Source of the DNA: Macrostomum lignano
Lineage: Eukaryota
DNA length: 31,603 bases
Direction: 5' to 3'
NCBI GenBank assembly: GCA_002269645.1
Contig: NIVC01002248.1
Span: forward strand, 1 to 31,603
Part shown: positions 10,601-21,000 of the stretch, piece after piece
Layout of the letters: each line of letters opens with the position of its first letter
Position numbering within the stretch: position 1 is the first letter of the stretch
Notes under the pieces: generated by a model
Told to the model about the DNA's origin: nothing
What the model saw: the letters and a program-made list of their open reading frames with translations, nothing else
The model's database searches: none
Translations under genes and position numbers: made by a program

Positions 10601-10609
10601 TGACGTGGA
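10601..10609 (+). promoter_or_regulatory. UPRE (TGACGTGGA), XBP1s/ATF6-type binding site
   Basis: Exact TGACGTGG(A) between the ERSE and the TATA box of xbp1. Confidence 0.75.
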
Positions 10610-10693
10610 AGTTTCTCAAGCGGTTTTTTCTGAGGTAGTTTCGTCATACAATCTTGGACTGAATTGACCGATTACCTTTGGTACTGATCATCC

Positions 10694-10700
10694 TATATAA
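10694..10700 (+). promoter_or_regulatory. TATA box of xbp1
   Basis: TATATAA followed by G, ~120 nt upstream of ATG 10817 and downstream of the ERSE and UPRE. Confidence 0.65.
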
Positions 10701-10816
10701 GCATCGCCGCATGGCTTTGTAATGGGTTAGACAACTCTCCCAGTCTTAAATATTTCATCATCAATCTCTTGCATCAGAAGAACATAACACATCCTGCTTC
10801 GCTTTGTAACGCAGAG

Positions 10817-12365
10817 ATGACTATCAACGCGTCATCGAAAGTCGTGTACGCCCTGCTGCAGAAGGCGGGCATCGCCGGGCCGCAGATGTGCCTGGTTGAA
10901 GTCCCTGGCGGCAACGGTAAGCTGGCGCTGACCCAACAACAACAGCAGCAGCTGTTCAAGCGAGCCGACGCGTCGGCCGACTTCGTCGATGTTTCGGAGT
11001 CGGCCGCGCCTCCCGCGTCGACTTGTTTTGTCGGCGGCGGCGGCAGCGGGACTAAGATCATTAGTCCAGCCGACAGCTCGCAGCAGCACTTTCGCAAGCG
11101 CAAGATGATGCAGGAGCCGCGCCTGCTCGACATGGAGGACGCCCAGCCTGCGCGCATCGTCCTCGGCTCGACAAATCCGGCGTCGGCTTTGTCCCCGGCC
11201 CTGTCGACTTCAACATCGTCGTCTTCGTCAGTGGCTGCGGCAGACTCGAAGATTCGCACCGAATCGGAGAATCTGGTTCTGCAGAAGGCCCCACTAGATT
11301 CGTCGACCTACTCGACTTTGTCCTTCGACGAGTTCGAGGATGACGACGACCTGCTCGGCTCGTCAATCTACGGCCGGAAGCGGGCTCGGCTCAACCACCT
11401 GACCGCTGACGAGAAACTGACCCGACGGTAAGCTTTGAATCAGTTGTAAATTAAGACTCACCCGGAAGTCATTCCTGCGATACTACTTACTTGTCTACTT
11501 TAAGTAGTCTGTAGAAAATAATTCTATTCTATTCTCGTTGACAATTTTCCAGGAAAGTAATGAACCGCATCGCGGCTCAGCAGGCTCGCGACCGGAAGAA
11601 GCAGAAAATGGAAAAGATGGAGTCGGCGTTGCAGCGACTGGAGGTTGAGAATCGCTACTTGCGCTGCGAGAACTCTGAGCTTAAGGAGAAGCTGGAAAAG
11701 CTGGGCAGCAGGCTGAACCACCTGCTTGTGCAGCTGGAGGGCGGCTGCAGCCAGGGCGTTTCAGCTCTGAGCGGCGCGCGCTCGACCCCGGCAGACAGGA
11801 CAGCAGTGCCTGTGGCCAACCCTCAGCAGCAGGGTCGGGGTCTGGCGCGCCTGCTCATGACGCTGGCGCTCGCGCTGCAGCTGGCTCGACCGGCTGCGCA
11901 CAGCGGCAAAATCAGTCCCAGAACCAGCACCGGCGCCTCCTGCCGCTCGGCAGCTCGCGTGGCGGCCGACCGGCTCCGGCGGCGACTGCAGGCGACTCTG
12001 GCCAGCCGACGCAAGTGTCAGGCCTGGATGGCCGACACCTGGCCACCGCCGCCGGCGCTGGCGCCGAAACCGCCTGCGCTGGCACCCTCGACGCTCCGGC
12101 CTTTGCAGTTCCAGACGTCGACTGGCCTGTCGCTGCCGAGCCCGCCGGTGCTGATGGCGGCGACCTCCTAGCCGGCCTCGGCGACCTGCTGTTCGACCAG
12201 TCGGCGCTCAACCAGCTGGACTCGCTGCTGCTCTGCGACAGTCCGGACGCTCCGTCTAGCGAGTCCGGCGTCTTCTCCGACGCGCCCCTGATGCCCGGCC
12301 TGGCGTCGGCGGCGTCCCCAGACTCCGACGACCTCAGCGCGCTGTTGGACATTAACAGTGATTGA
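10817..12365 (+). CDS. xbp1: X-box binding protein 1 (bZIP UPR transcription factor); unspliced form XBP1u ends at 12171 (409 aa), IRE1-spliced form XBP1s ends at 12365 (466 aa)
   Basis: Exon 1 10817-11427, phase-2 GT-AG intron 11428-11552, exon 2 from 11553. The join gives RKRARLNHLTADEKLTRR|KVMNRIAAQQARDRKKQKMEKMESALQRLEVEN..., the XBP1/Hac1 basic region and zipper. Removing 11804-11826 joins it to the acidic ORF ending DDLSALLDINSD*. Confidence 0.95.
11804..11826 (+). other. 23-nt unconventional (IRE1-cleaved) intron of xbp1 mRNA
   Basis: CAG'CAGT ... CAG'CAGC boundaries match the CNG'CNG loop consensus. 3' hairpin: ACCCT/AGGGT stem with 7-nt loop CAGCAGC. 5' hairpin: ACAGG/CCTGT stem. 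Removal shifts into a long open acidic frame. Confidence 0.9.
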
Positions 12366-12933
12366 TTGATAGTCCGCTTATCGAATTCGAGCGTGGCTTT
12401 TTCTTCTCTCATTTTTCTCATCTCCTGTTCGCGCAGAACCTCTCTTTGAATTTCATATTTTTGCTTGTCGCAGCTTCTAATCGGTTCGCCGACCTGCAAT
12501 CAGTCGTCCGCTCGCTTGATCCGTTTTATTCTTCCTCGAATCCTCCAGTCGTGTTTCCGGTTAATCCTCGCCCCAAATCCGCCATTCATCGGTTCGGTTT
12601 GTGTGCTTTTTTGTTTTCCATTAGCCCCGCACCGTCTGGCCCAGTTAGCGGCCCACTGTAGTTTTGTGTTTAAACCCTGTTTATTTTCTGCGTTTATGAA
12701 TAGTTTATTTTGTGTTTTTTGTCCTGCTCCCCTCACCCTGACCCCAACGTGTCTGTGTTCGGCTCGCGCCGCTGTTGTCCCTTTCATATAAAATATGGTT
12801 ATGTCTGATTAAACATGTGTTTAAATTAATTTTATCAGTGGCACCGATACTGTACAGAGAGAAGGCATTAGTCTGGCGTGTGTTCTGTTCTAAGAGAAAT
12901 ATAACCAGCATGCTTTGCGTCACTTGGGCGTTC

Positions 12934-12939
12934 AATAAA
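12934..12939 (+). terminator. Candidate polyadenylation signal of xbp1
   Basis: AATAAA ~570 nt after the XBP1s stop, in a pyrimidine/AT-rich 3' region. Confidence 0.4.
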
Positions 12940-13030
12940 ATGCTAAGCAAAAATTCTATAAAAACCTGATACAAATAACTCAGACTTTGCATTCTTTTCT
13001 TTTCGTTTTAATTATGAAATCATTTGAGTT

Positions 13031-13266
13031 CAACAACAACAACAACAACACTAATAATAATTGATCACACCTGCTCCAATAAGCTCAGCGACAAGGACTG
13101 GGGGGGGGTCGCCACAGACCCTCAATTACCCCAGCTAATGCTGGCACCCATTTTACAGCTGGGTGAACTGAAGCAATGCCGAGTTTAAATGTCTTGCCCA
13201 AGGGCAAATCGTTCCGAGTGGGTCGAGAGTCGAACCCACGACCTTATTTACTAGGCTACAACCCCG
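13031..13266 (-). mobile_element. tRNA-derived CORE-like SINE with (GTT)n tail
   Basis: Minus strand: degenerate A-box (TAGCCTAGT), B-box GGTTCGACTC, then CCCTTGGGCAAGAC...GCTTCAGTTCACCCAGCTGTAAAATGGG. This resembles the MIR/CORE domain (CCTTGGGCAAG...CCTCAGTTTCCTCATCTGTAAAATGGG). It ends in a TTA/GTT microsatellite at 13031-13060. Confidence 0.75.
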
Positions 13267-13934
13267 TTGAGTTCAGATATTAGCGATTAAATACATTTAG
13301 TTGTCATCAGGGAAAACAGAAATATGAAGTTTTAGTTTTTCCTTTGCAACATTACTCGATTCTTGATAGACCATTTAGGAGCGAGTTAAATTAATGCCAC
13401 ATTTACACGTGCTCTACTGTTAGTAGCATATCCCGCGTGTCCTGTAAACGCGCCAACTGACTCGTATAATCGTATTTTGAGGGTGGCGAATGGATGAAAA
13501 TCCCCGTTTCGTAGGCCGCCTCTGCTTTTGAAATTAGTGCCAACTTTCCCAAAACTACGAGCGTATATGTAACCTGTCAACATCACCGTCGTGTTCACAG
13601 GCATGCTTTAATTGTAAATTGTCAATACAAATGGATTGGAACTTCAGGGGACACTATAGAAAACTTTTTTTTACAAAAATTGCCATAGCCACTTTTCTCA
13701 TCGTATTCTGAAGACTTTAGTATTCGATCTCTATAAATAAACTAACTACGAGTAATGCGAAACCGAATCAGAGTTTCGTGACATTAGTAGACTATGTAAT
13801 TAGCTCGTAATGTGAAGTATCATCCGCCTGCAATCTATTTGCCTGCAGTCTTTCGTAGAAAGTTGGCTGAAAAAACGCAAGCTACCATTAGCGATCCATC
13901 GATTGTCGACATGATTCAGAAATTGGAGCGCAAC

Positions 13935-14478
13935 AGTGCAGGTGTAAATGCCTAATTCAGAACATTAATGCAGGTGTAAATGCCTAATTCAGAACATTGG
14001 TGCAGGTGTAAATGCCTAATTCAGAACATTGGTGCAAGTGAAAATGCCTAATTCAGAACATTGGTGCAGGTTTAAAAATGCCTAATTCAGAACATTGGTG
14101 CAGGTGTAACAATGCCTAATTCAGAACATTGGAGTGCAGGTGTAACAATGCCTAATTCAGAACATTGGTGCAGGTGTAAATGCCTAATTCAGAACATTAG
14201 AGTGCAGGTGTAAATGGTAGATTTATCTCTAGGTTTCGAGTGCGTAAATAGTCTATGGCACGAGTGCGCTAACGCACACTGAAGGAACATAGTGATAGAT
14301 TCATTGATTTATGGGCAAAGCATTCTTCTGGTTTTAGCCATAGAATGCTAATACTGTGCAGTAAATCCCAAGCCGTGCTGTAAATTCCATTTAAGAATGC
14401 TTGGCCATATGTCAATGCCTAATTCAGAACATTAGAGTGCAGGTGTAAATGCCTAATTCAAAACGTTAGAGTGCAGCG
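13935..14478. repeat. Tandem repeat, ~31-35-bp unit GTGCAGGTGTAAATGCCTAATTCAGAACATTG; about 8 copies (13935-14216) plus about 2 copies (14414-14478) after an interruption
   Basis: Unit is directly visible; interrupted by ~200 bp of unrelated sequence. Confidence 0.92.
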
Positions 14479-14643
14479 GCAGTGTGACCTTTGCTGCGCT
14501 CTTTTAGCGCACTGCGCTATTTCAATATCTGCGCCTCAATGCTTGCGCATTTTAGCTGACAGCGCTAAAATGTTCATTCTGATTTATTGTCTTTTTATCT
14601 AATATCTGCGTTAATCAATGTCTTAAGTCAGCATAAATTAATT

Positions 14644-16312
14644 AATACCTGAATACCTGAATACCTGAATACGTGAATACCTGAATACCCGAAGGCCTGA
14701 ATACCTGAATACCTGAATACGTGAATACCTGAATACGTGAATACCTGAATACCCGAAGGCCTGAATACCTGAATAACTGAATACGTGAATACCTGAATAC
14801 CCGAAGGCCTGAATACGTGAATACCTGAATACGTGAATACCTGAATACCTGAATACTTGAATACCTGAATACCCGAAGGCCTAAATACCTGAATACCTGA
14901 ATACCTGAATACCTGAATACGTGAATACTGAATACATGTACCTGAATACTTGAATACCTGAATACCTGAATACGTGAATACCTGAATACGTGAATACGTG
15001 AATACTGAATACATGTACCTGAATACTTGAATACCTGAATACCTGAATACGTGAATACCTGAATACGTGAAAACCTGAATACGTGAATACGTGAATACCT
15101 GAATACCTGAATACCTGAATACTTGAATACTTGAATACTTGAATACTTGAATACTTGAATACTTGAATACTTGAATACTTGAATACTTGAATACGTGAAA
15201 ACCTGAATACCTGAATAACTGAATACGTGAATACCTGAATACCCGAAGGCCTGAATACGTGAATACCTGAATACGTGAATACCTGAATACCTGAATACTT
15301 GAATACCTGAATACCCGAAGGCCTAAATACCTGAATACCTGAATACCTGAATACCTGAATACGTGAATACTGAATACATGTACCTGAATACTTGAATACC
15401 TGAATACCTGAATACGTGAATACCTGAATACGTGAATACGTGAATACTGAATACATGTACCTGAATACTTGAATACCTGAATACCTGAATACGTGAATAC
15501 CTGAATACGTGAAAACCTGAATACGTGAATACGTGAATACCTGAATACCTGAATACGTGAATACGTGAATACTTGAATACTTGAATACTTGAATACTTGA
15601 ATACTTGAATACTTGAATACTTGAATACTTGAATACGTGAAAACCTGAATACGTGAATACGTGAATACGTGAATACCTGAATACCTGAATACCTGAATAC
15701 GTGAATACGTGAATACTTGAATACTTGAATACTTGAATACTTGAATACTTGAATACTTGAATACTTGAATACTTGAATACTTGAATACTTGAATACTTGA
15801 ATACTTGAATACTTGAATACTTGAATACTTGAATACTTGAATACTTGAATACTTGAATACTTGAATACTTGAATACTTGAATACTTGAATACTTGAATAC
15901 TTGAATACTTGAATACTTGAATACTTGAATACTTGAATACTTGAATACTTGAATACCTGAATACTTGAATACTTGAATACTTGAATACTTGAATACTTGA
16001 ATACTTGAATACTTGAATACTTGAATACTTGAATACTTGAATACTTGAATACTTGAATACTTGAATACTTGAATACTTGAATACTTGAATACCTGAATAC
16101 TTGAATACTTGAATACTTGAATACTTGAATACTTGAATACTTGAATACTTGAATACTTGAATACTTGAATACTTGAATACTTGAATACTTGAATACTTGA
16201 ATACTTGAATACTTGAATACTTGAATACTTGAATACTTGAATACTTGACTACTTGAATACTTGAATACTTGAATACTTGAATACCTGAATACTTGAATAC
16301 TTGAATACCTGA
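14644..16312. repeat. 8-bp satellite (GAATAC[T/C/G]T)n, ~1.67 kb
   Basis: More than 200 copies of GAATACTT/GAATACCT/GAATACGT. Variant-rich on the left, nearly pure GAATACTT from ~15715 to 16300. Confidence 0.98.
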
Positions 16313-16840
16313 CTCCCGTGGAAGGCACAAACAGTCATAACATTTGCTCCCTGTTCTTGGCCTGTGTTTATTCAACCGGATCTGCATGGCTTCGATCGGT
16401 CAGTCATGGGGCCGCACAGTAAATCTCTGAATTTCCAATGCGAGCCCGGGCCCTTCCAGCCATAAATCAGTCTCCAACCCAATGCTCTCAAGTCATTGGC
16501 AAGCACCGAAAATTGGCATATTGCACTAATACAATTTACCGTGGGAACTAACTATCGCACCACCACTTCTTACCCCCCCCCAGGATCAATAACAGAAAAA
16601 TCGATAACGGAAATTGAGTTAAGTATTTGAGGATTAAAGAAGCGCATCAAGGTATAACAATGACTAATGAGTATACTGCATTGCCACTATTATAAATGTG
16701 TTGTGTGTGGGGGGGGGGGTAGTTTTCAGTTGCATATTCGATAACGGGATCCCAAAACTAAAGCTCGAATCTTTATCGTTAACTCCAAATTTCCAGATGC
16801 TAAAAATCTATTTGGCATGTCCTCACAAACCTCACAGACT

Positions 16841-17660
16841 CTAAGCTTCACAAATCCAAAGCTTCACAAACCCTAAGCTTCACAAACCCCAAGCTTCACA
16901 AATCCCAAGCTTCACAAATCCTAAGCTTCACAAACCCTAAGCTTCACAAACTCAAAGCTTCACAAACCCTAAGCTTCACAAACCCCAAGCTTCACAAATC
17001 CCAAGCTTCACAAATCCTAAGCTTCACAAACTCAAAGCTTCACAAACCCTAAGATTCACAAACTCAAAGCTTCACAAACCTAAGCTTCACAAACCCTAAG
17101 CTTCACAAATCACAAGCTTCACAAACCCCAAGCTTCACAAACCCAAAAGCTTCACAAATCCTAAGCTTCACAAACCCAAAATCTTCACAAACCCAAAATC
17201 TTCACAAACCCAAAAGCTTCACAAACCCCAAGCTTCAAAAACCCAAAAGCTTCACAAATCCTAAGCTTCACAGACCCTAAGCTTCACAAACTCAAAGCTT
17301 CACAAACCCTAAGCTTCACAAACCCCAAGCTTCACAAATCCCAAGCTTCACAAATCCTAAGCTTCACAAACTCAAAGCTTCACAAACCCTAAGATTCACA
17401 AACTCAAAGCTTCACAAACCTAAGCTTCACAAACCCTAAGCTTCACAAATCCTAAGCTTCACAAACCCCAAGCTTCACAAACCCAAAAGCTTCACAAATC
17501 CTAAGCTTCACAAACCCAAAATCTTCACAAACCCAAAATCTTCACAAACCCAAAAGCTTCACAAATCCTAAGCTTCACAAACCCCAAGCTTCAAAAACCC
17601 AAAAGCTTCACAAATCCAAAAGCTTCACAAACCTAAGCTTCACAAACCTAAGCTTCACAG
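16841..17660. repeat. ~16-bp minisatellite AAGCTTCACAAACCC(T/C/A), about 50 copies
   Basis: Unit is directly visible; most copies contain AAGCTT. Confidence 0.97.
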
Positions 17661-18060
17661 AACCTAAGTCTCATTCAAGCTGGTTGCCACATGCCGACTG
17701 AAGCAATTCCATAGCGGAAATGTGAATGCATGTAAAACAAACAACTTGCCCTTTGGTCTCCATATTGCTATAGAAATCCGCCCCATGGCTCTACTCTCAC
17801 AGCAAAGCAAACAAGCCTTTGCAAACCCCCCTACTTTTGGAGACAGGCAGGCAAACACGGCAAATTGGTTTGGGACATTCTGGCCAATAGGAGCTCCGCG
17901 CGCTTTCACCGAGCATCATCCAGAGCGCACAAAAAGTTACTGTGCCAATGCTTTCGGCCATATCGACTCTGTCTGTCACTCTGCCCAGCTTTCAATCAAG
18001 CTGAGAGATAAGTTTAACCTAAGCTGCCCTAGATCGAGCTGATCGAATATTTTTCCACTC

Positions 18061-21000
18061 ATGTTGAGCAATATGCGTTGGAAGAAGCTGCTGGTGTTCT
18101 CCATAGCGGTTGCACTGACGGTTGCCATCGTGCACTGGGCGGCGATGCGAAACTTTACTGCGACTGGCTTGTCTGGTCGGGGCGAATGTCTGCGGAGTCT
18201 GGGCGACCTGGCCATGTGGGTTGAGCAGGTGAGTTCTTGTGCGCTGCACGGATTCGGATCTACTGGGATTCTGTAGATCTACAATTGGATCTACTGAGAT
18301 TCTGTAGATCTTCTATATCGGATCTACTGGAATTCGATAGATCCGCTATCGGATCTTCTGGGATTCTGTAGATCTACTATCAGATCTACTGAGATTCTGT
18401 AGATCTACTATCGGATCTACTGGGATTCTGTAGATCTACTATCGGATCTACTGGGATTCGGTAGACCTACTATCGTATCTACTGGGATTCGGTAGATCTA
18501 CAATTGGATCTACTGAGATTCTGTAGATCTTCTATATCGGATCTACTGGAATTCTGTAGATCTACTATATTAGATCTACTGGTATTCGGTAGACCTATTA
18601 TCGGATCTACTGGTATTCGGTAGATCTACTATCGGATCTACTGGGATTCGGTAGACCTACTATCGGATCTACAGGGATTCTGTAGATCTACTATCGGATC
18701 TACTGGAATTCTGTAGATCTACTATCGGATTTACTGGGACTCGGTAGACCTACTTATTGGATCTACTGGGATTCGGTAGATCTACTATCGGATCTACTGG
18801 GACTCGGTAGACCTACTTATCGGATCTACTGGGATTCGGTAGACTTACCTATTAGATCTACTGGGACTCGGTAGACCTACCTATTAGATCTACTGGGATT
18901 CGGTAGACCTACCTATTAGATCTACTGGGATTCGGTAGTTCTACTATTGGATCTACTGGGTTTCGGTAAGAATTCGGAAGAACTATTCGGCCAAAATTCC
19001 CAACCCTGGGTTGCATGATATGATTTTTGCGTCAGCAGTACTCGTGCTGCGTCTTGATGTATGTTAAAACTGTGAAGTTACAGGATTTACAGGCTAAACT
19101 GTTAACCCTTTTTTACCTATTATACTGTAGCTGTGAAGTCTGCAAAACACAGCTAGTCAAGCATGGTTTCAGCATGCAGTATCTGAAAACAGTCAAATGC
19201 CTCACAAATTAAACAAGGCTCGCCTCATTCTGTGCTGCCCTGCGCTTGTGTTGCTAAACAAACCGACCGGCACAGGACTGTGTTCCTGCCCTCCTTTGCT
19301 CTTTCCTGTTGCAAATGACCGCCAGCAGAGTCCTGCCTACACCTGCCTTGGGGTGGCTTTGCTTAAAACAGGGGATCTGCGCTAGAATCTGTGCATGACT
19401 GCCTAATCTCTGTGGAAGCATTCAAGCTGTTGTTTATTGCTGGATAATCGATTGCCTTTGATTGCCAAAGGCTCTTTGAATATGCAATAGTCGCATTTTC
19501 GCCTTTACAGTGCGCAGGGCCCTAAGGATAAATGACAAATAAATGACAAAGGATAAATGGCGGGGGAGTTATTGAGATGCCAAAGGGTCATGGGGGAGTT
19601 GCTGAGATGCCAAGGCTCGCTGGTGGTGCTCGTTCTTCGCGATATCTGCATATATAGATGTCTAGGCTAGAAAGCGTGGTTTCAGTAGTAATTGTTTTTT
19701 TTTTGTTTAAACGTTTCTATTAATCTTTACAAAAAACAACGGATACGAGTACTGGTTAGTAGGTATTAGTAATAGATACGGATTGAAATAGATTAGATGC
19801 AGGTTAAGGTTAGATATGGATTGAGTTAGATTAGATATGGATTGAGGTAGATTAGATATGGATTGAGGTAGATTAGTTATGGATTGAGGTAGGTTAGCTA
19901 TGGATTGAGATAGATTAGATATGGATTGAGGTAGATTGGATATGGATTGAGATAAATTCGATATGGATTAAGGTAGATTGGATATGAATTGAGGTAGATT
20001 AGATATGGATTGAGGTAGATTATTTATGTATCGACGTAGATTAGATATGGATTGAGGTATATTAGTTATGGATTGAGGTAGGTTAGCTATGGATTGAGAT
20101 AGATTAGATATGGATTGAGGTAGATTGGATATGGATTGAGTTAGATTAGATATGAATTGAGATAAATTCGATATGGATTAAGGTAGATTGGATATGAATT
20201 GAGGTAGATTAGATATGAATTGAGGTAGATTATATACAGATTATATAGATATCAGATTGCGCTGAGAAATATCAAACTCCTTCTACTAACCGAGGGAACA
20301 AGCAGGGCTGGCGCAACTAACACGTGTGGCTAGATCATCACGTGACTAATGAACTTTGAAAATGTGGCTTTCCAGGACAACCACTCGGCCGTCTGTCTGG
20401 ACGGTGTCCGGCTGTACAAACACCTGCCGGGCGGCGGCTTCCCGCTGTGCCGCCTGTCCGACCCGCCCGCCTGGCTGCAGCGCCGACTTCGCAAAAGCAG
20501 CGTCCGAACCTGGCTGCGAATTGCATCACCTGCGGCAGGCTCACCAGCGCCGCGCCGAGTTCCCATCTGGGGCCACACGGGAGGCGACTTCATCACCGAG
20601 AAGCTGGTCGCTGATCACGCCTGGGAGGAGTCGCTGGTTGCGCCGCTGCTAGACCGCCTGCTGCGCCTTGGCGTTGGCAACGCTACGCTGATCGATATCG
20701 GCTGCAACATTGGCACCTACACTCTGCAGGCGGCGGCGCTGGGTTTCCCGGTAAAGTCGAGCATTTCTACTTACAGTTATGTAGAAATGATTAGGCTTGA
20801 GGAACTTTGGCGGCTCAAAGGAGTCAATTTGAAGAATCGCCTCAAGATTACAAAGGCGGTCACATGGGTGCGAGAGCTGGACTCTGGGGAAGAAAAGTAT
20901 GGAGACATTCAAACCGTTTGAAATGAAATCTTACAGAAGAAGTGTTTCACGGAAAGAGAAAAAGACAAATGCCTGGGTTTAGAGAAAAGTTACGGAGGTA

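Noticed and set aside
14628-16387. 566-, 354- and 191-aa minus-strand ORFs (YSSIQVFK)n
   Set aside because: The 8-bp unit TATTCAAG contains no stop on that strand, so long ORFs are automatic; array indels ignore frame.
20334-20348. Apparent in-frame TGA (20343) after a TAG acceptor at 20333, suggesting readthrough, selenocysteine or a pseudogene
   Set aside because: A better acceptor (CTAAT branch, TTTCCAG|20376) lies downstream in the same phase and avoids the stop.
20751-20921. C-terminal extension of ORF 20349..20921
   Set aside because: It runs past the donor at 20751 into an intronic RTE fragment and is not part of the methyltransferase.
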